A stretch of DNA of 63,808 bases, counting the filler, from Pirum gemmata (taxonomy: Eukaryota), in assembly GCA_002812295.1 (NCBI GenBank). It is 10 parts of 10 records of this genome, joined end to end, with 100 filler letters (N's around TTAATTAATTAA, not from the genome) between each part and the next. Parts side by side here need not be neighbours in the genome. Positions count along the whole stretch, not along the records: positions 57,901 to 63,808 come from PDIN01000325.1; 9 more parts are not named here. One strand, written 5' to 3'. The notes under the pieces were generated by a model that searched no databases, was not told the origin of the DNA, and saw only the letters and a program-made list of their open reading frames with translations. Shown in pieces: positions 61,911 through 63,808 of the stretch (the first letter of the stretch is position 1; each line of letters opens with the position of its first letter). The translations under genes and the position numbers were made by a program.

Positions 61911-63398
61911 CGACTTTTAAACGACTTTTATTGATCGTTTTATTAGAGATATTACAACGATACGATAATCAAATTTAAAATAAAAAGTTTTGTTGGACTT
62001 TGTTGGTAAGTATAGTTGGTAGTATGGGTTATCCTATTTAAACTATAGTTCCTCTATAGTACCAAGGAAAATTTAATAGAATTTAATTTCATAATTTTTA
62101 ATTTATATAATATAACAACAGCAATGTACTAAACTAAACAACGTTAATTCAAACAATAGTTAAATTTTATAAATAAACTACCAAGCCAGATAAAAAAAGG
62201 GCGACAACCAAAAAATCTCAAAATGATTAGTAACTCTACCAAATTTTGAGAAAAGGTATCCAGGAAAAACATTCCTTTTTAGGACATCGCTTTTATTCTT
62301 TGATACAGTTCTTTGATAGAAGACATATGCATGGCTCGAGGTAAAACACTGGTAAAACAATAATATTTTTATAAAAATTAATATTTTATTATAAATAATA
62401 TTATAATAGTAATATAATGGCTTTGGTTATCCAAAAAATCTCAAAATGATTAATTAGTATTGTGCTTTTCAGTTGCTTTGTCATCATAAAATATACAATA
62501 AAGAACTAATAAAGAGTACCAAATTGATACAATATAAATCCATTTCATTTAATTTGGTATATTTTATTATATTAACCAACCAAATAGATATTCGGAGTGA
62601 CAAAATAAATGAAAAGCACAGTAACTACCAAATTTTGAGAAATGGTATCCAGGAAATCGTCTAACTAAAAAAACATTCCTTTAGGACATCACTTATTCTT
62701 TGATAGAAGTCATGGCTCGAGGCTTTGGATATTAAAATACTAATATTTTTATAATATTAAAATTAAATATTAATGGCTTTGGTTAAAATAATTAATAATA
62801 TTTTTTTATAATATTTATTTTTTTTAATAGAAATCATTAATTTTGACTTCAATTTTGAGTTCAATTTGAAAAAATCTAGCTAAAAGAAGCTAAAGTAATG
62901 GTATTTGTAAATATGAACATTGAACACTATATAATATATGAAAAAAAATAATATCGTGTTTTTCAAAAACTGAAATAAACGTACGAAATTGTTATTATAG
63001 TTATTTAATTAATTAAACAAACTATCAGACATGTTTTAAAATTAATTTGTTATTTTACATAAATACTTAATTGTAATAATTTTATAAATAAATATTATAA
63101 ACAAATTCAATATTATATATTATACAACTCTGATGAAATAGACGATTACTAGCTAGTCTATTTAATAATATAATTATTATATATTATAATAATAAGATTT
63201 TGAAATTAAAATTCTAATAATAATTTTTTTTTTTTTTAAAAACGTTTTTTTTTAAAAAAAAGCTATGCGCACCAAAAGAAAACCGGTTTTCGCAAAGGAC
63301 AACAAGGAGATGCGGGAAAAACCATCGAATCGAAAAAAGTTCGAAATTTTCGAAATTTTTCGATCTGATTTTTGATTTCATTAAAAAATTCTTTTTAA

Positions 63399-63599
63399 CT
63401 ACCAAGCCGGATATGAGTTCGAAAATCCAAAAATATTAAAATGATCCAGTTTTAATAAAAGTACTACCAAAATTTGAGAAAATTTCTGAGTAAAAAACTC
63501 TATTATGACTAGTCTATTATGAAGTTTTTAAAAATAATTTGGCTAGTTATATAGCATTAAAGGCTCTAAATGATTTCTACAGTTTTATTCGCTTGGTTG
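63399..63599. mobile_element. TTAA-targeting MITE family D (piggyBac-like)
   Basis: TTAA|CTACCAAGCCG...CGCTTGGTTG|TTAA. Related copies at ~7455-7620, 10280-10510, 11965-12186, 18155-18393 and 47110-47300. Confidence 0.78.
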
Positions 63600-63808
63600 T
63601 TAACTTAAAAAAAAAAATTATTTAGAAAAAACTCGAAACTCGAAAAAAAAAAAAGAATATTATTTTAATATTGTTAGTATTTAATAATTAGGATCGAGCT
63701 GTTTGATTCGATTATGTTTTCCCGTATCTCCCAGTGCGCGATACCTCATCTGTGGGGCTAATAATAAACCTAATAACCTTGAGCCTCCCTATTAAAAAAA
63801 AAAAAAAA

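Overview
AT-rich eukaryotic DNA. It is not one locus but about 10 unrelated contigs of roughly 6-7 kb, joined by 100-nt linkers (44N-TTAATTAATTAA-44N), so gene neighbourhood is only meaningful within a contig. A Csk-type tyrosine kinase, a chitin synthase, CBM1, a PTTG1IP-like exon and TTAGGG repeats together suggest a unicellular holozoan such as an ichthyosporean (inference). Genes: secreted PAN+2xCBM1 protein, SMI1/KNR4 (SUKH) protein, an RNase Sa/barnase-like exon absent from the ORF track, GH5 hydrolase, cupin fragment, LRR receptor fragment, GT92, a multipass membrane protein, a surface protein with an integrin-beta-like tail, an 8-exon chitin synthase, Csk, and several partial genes. 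Intergenic DNA is rich in MITE families, a tRNA-derived SINE, decayed LINE and transposase sequence, and interstitial telomeric repeats. Top leads: (1) a candidate eukaryotic nuclease toxin/SUKH immunity pair; (2) a chitin synthase fused to an LHFPL/claudin-like domain; (3) a putative pore-former or fusogen with an integrin-beta-like W..NPLY-x8-NPLY tail; (4) (CTAG)n arrays repeatedly flanked by 9-14 bp duplications, and palindromic footprints with 7-bp duplications. All family assignments come from motif recognition by eye; no searches were run.
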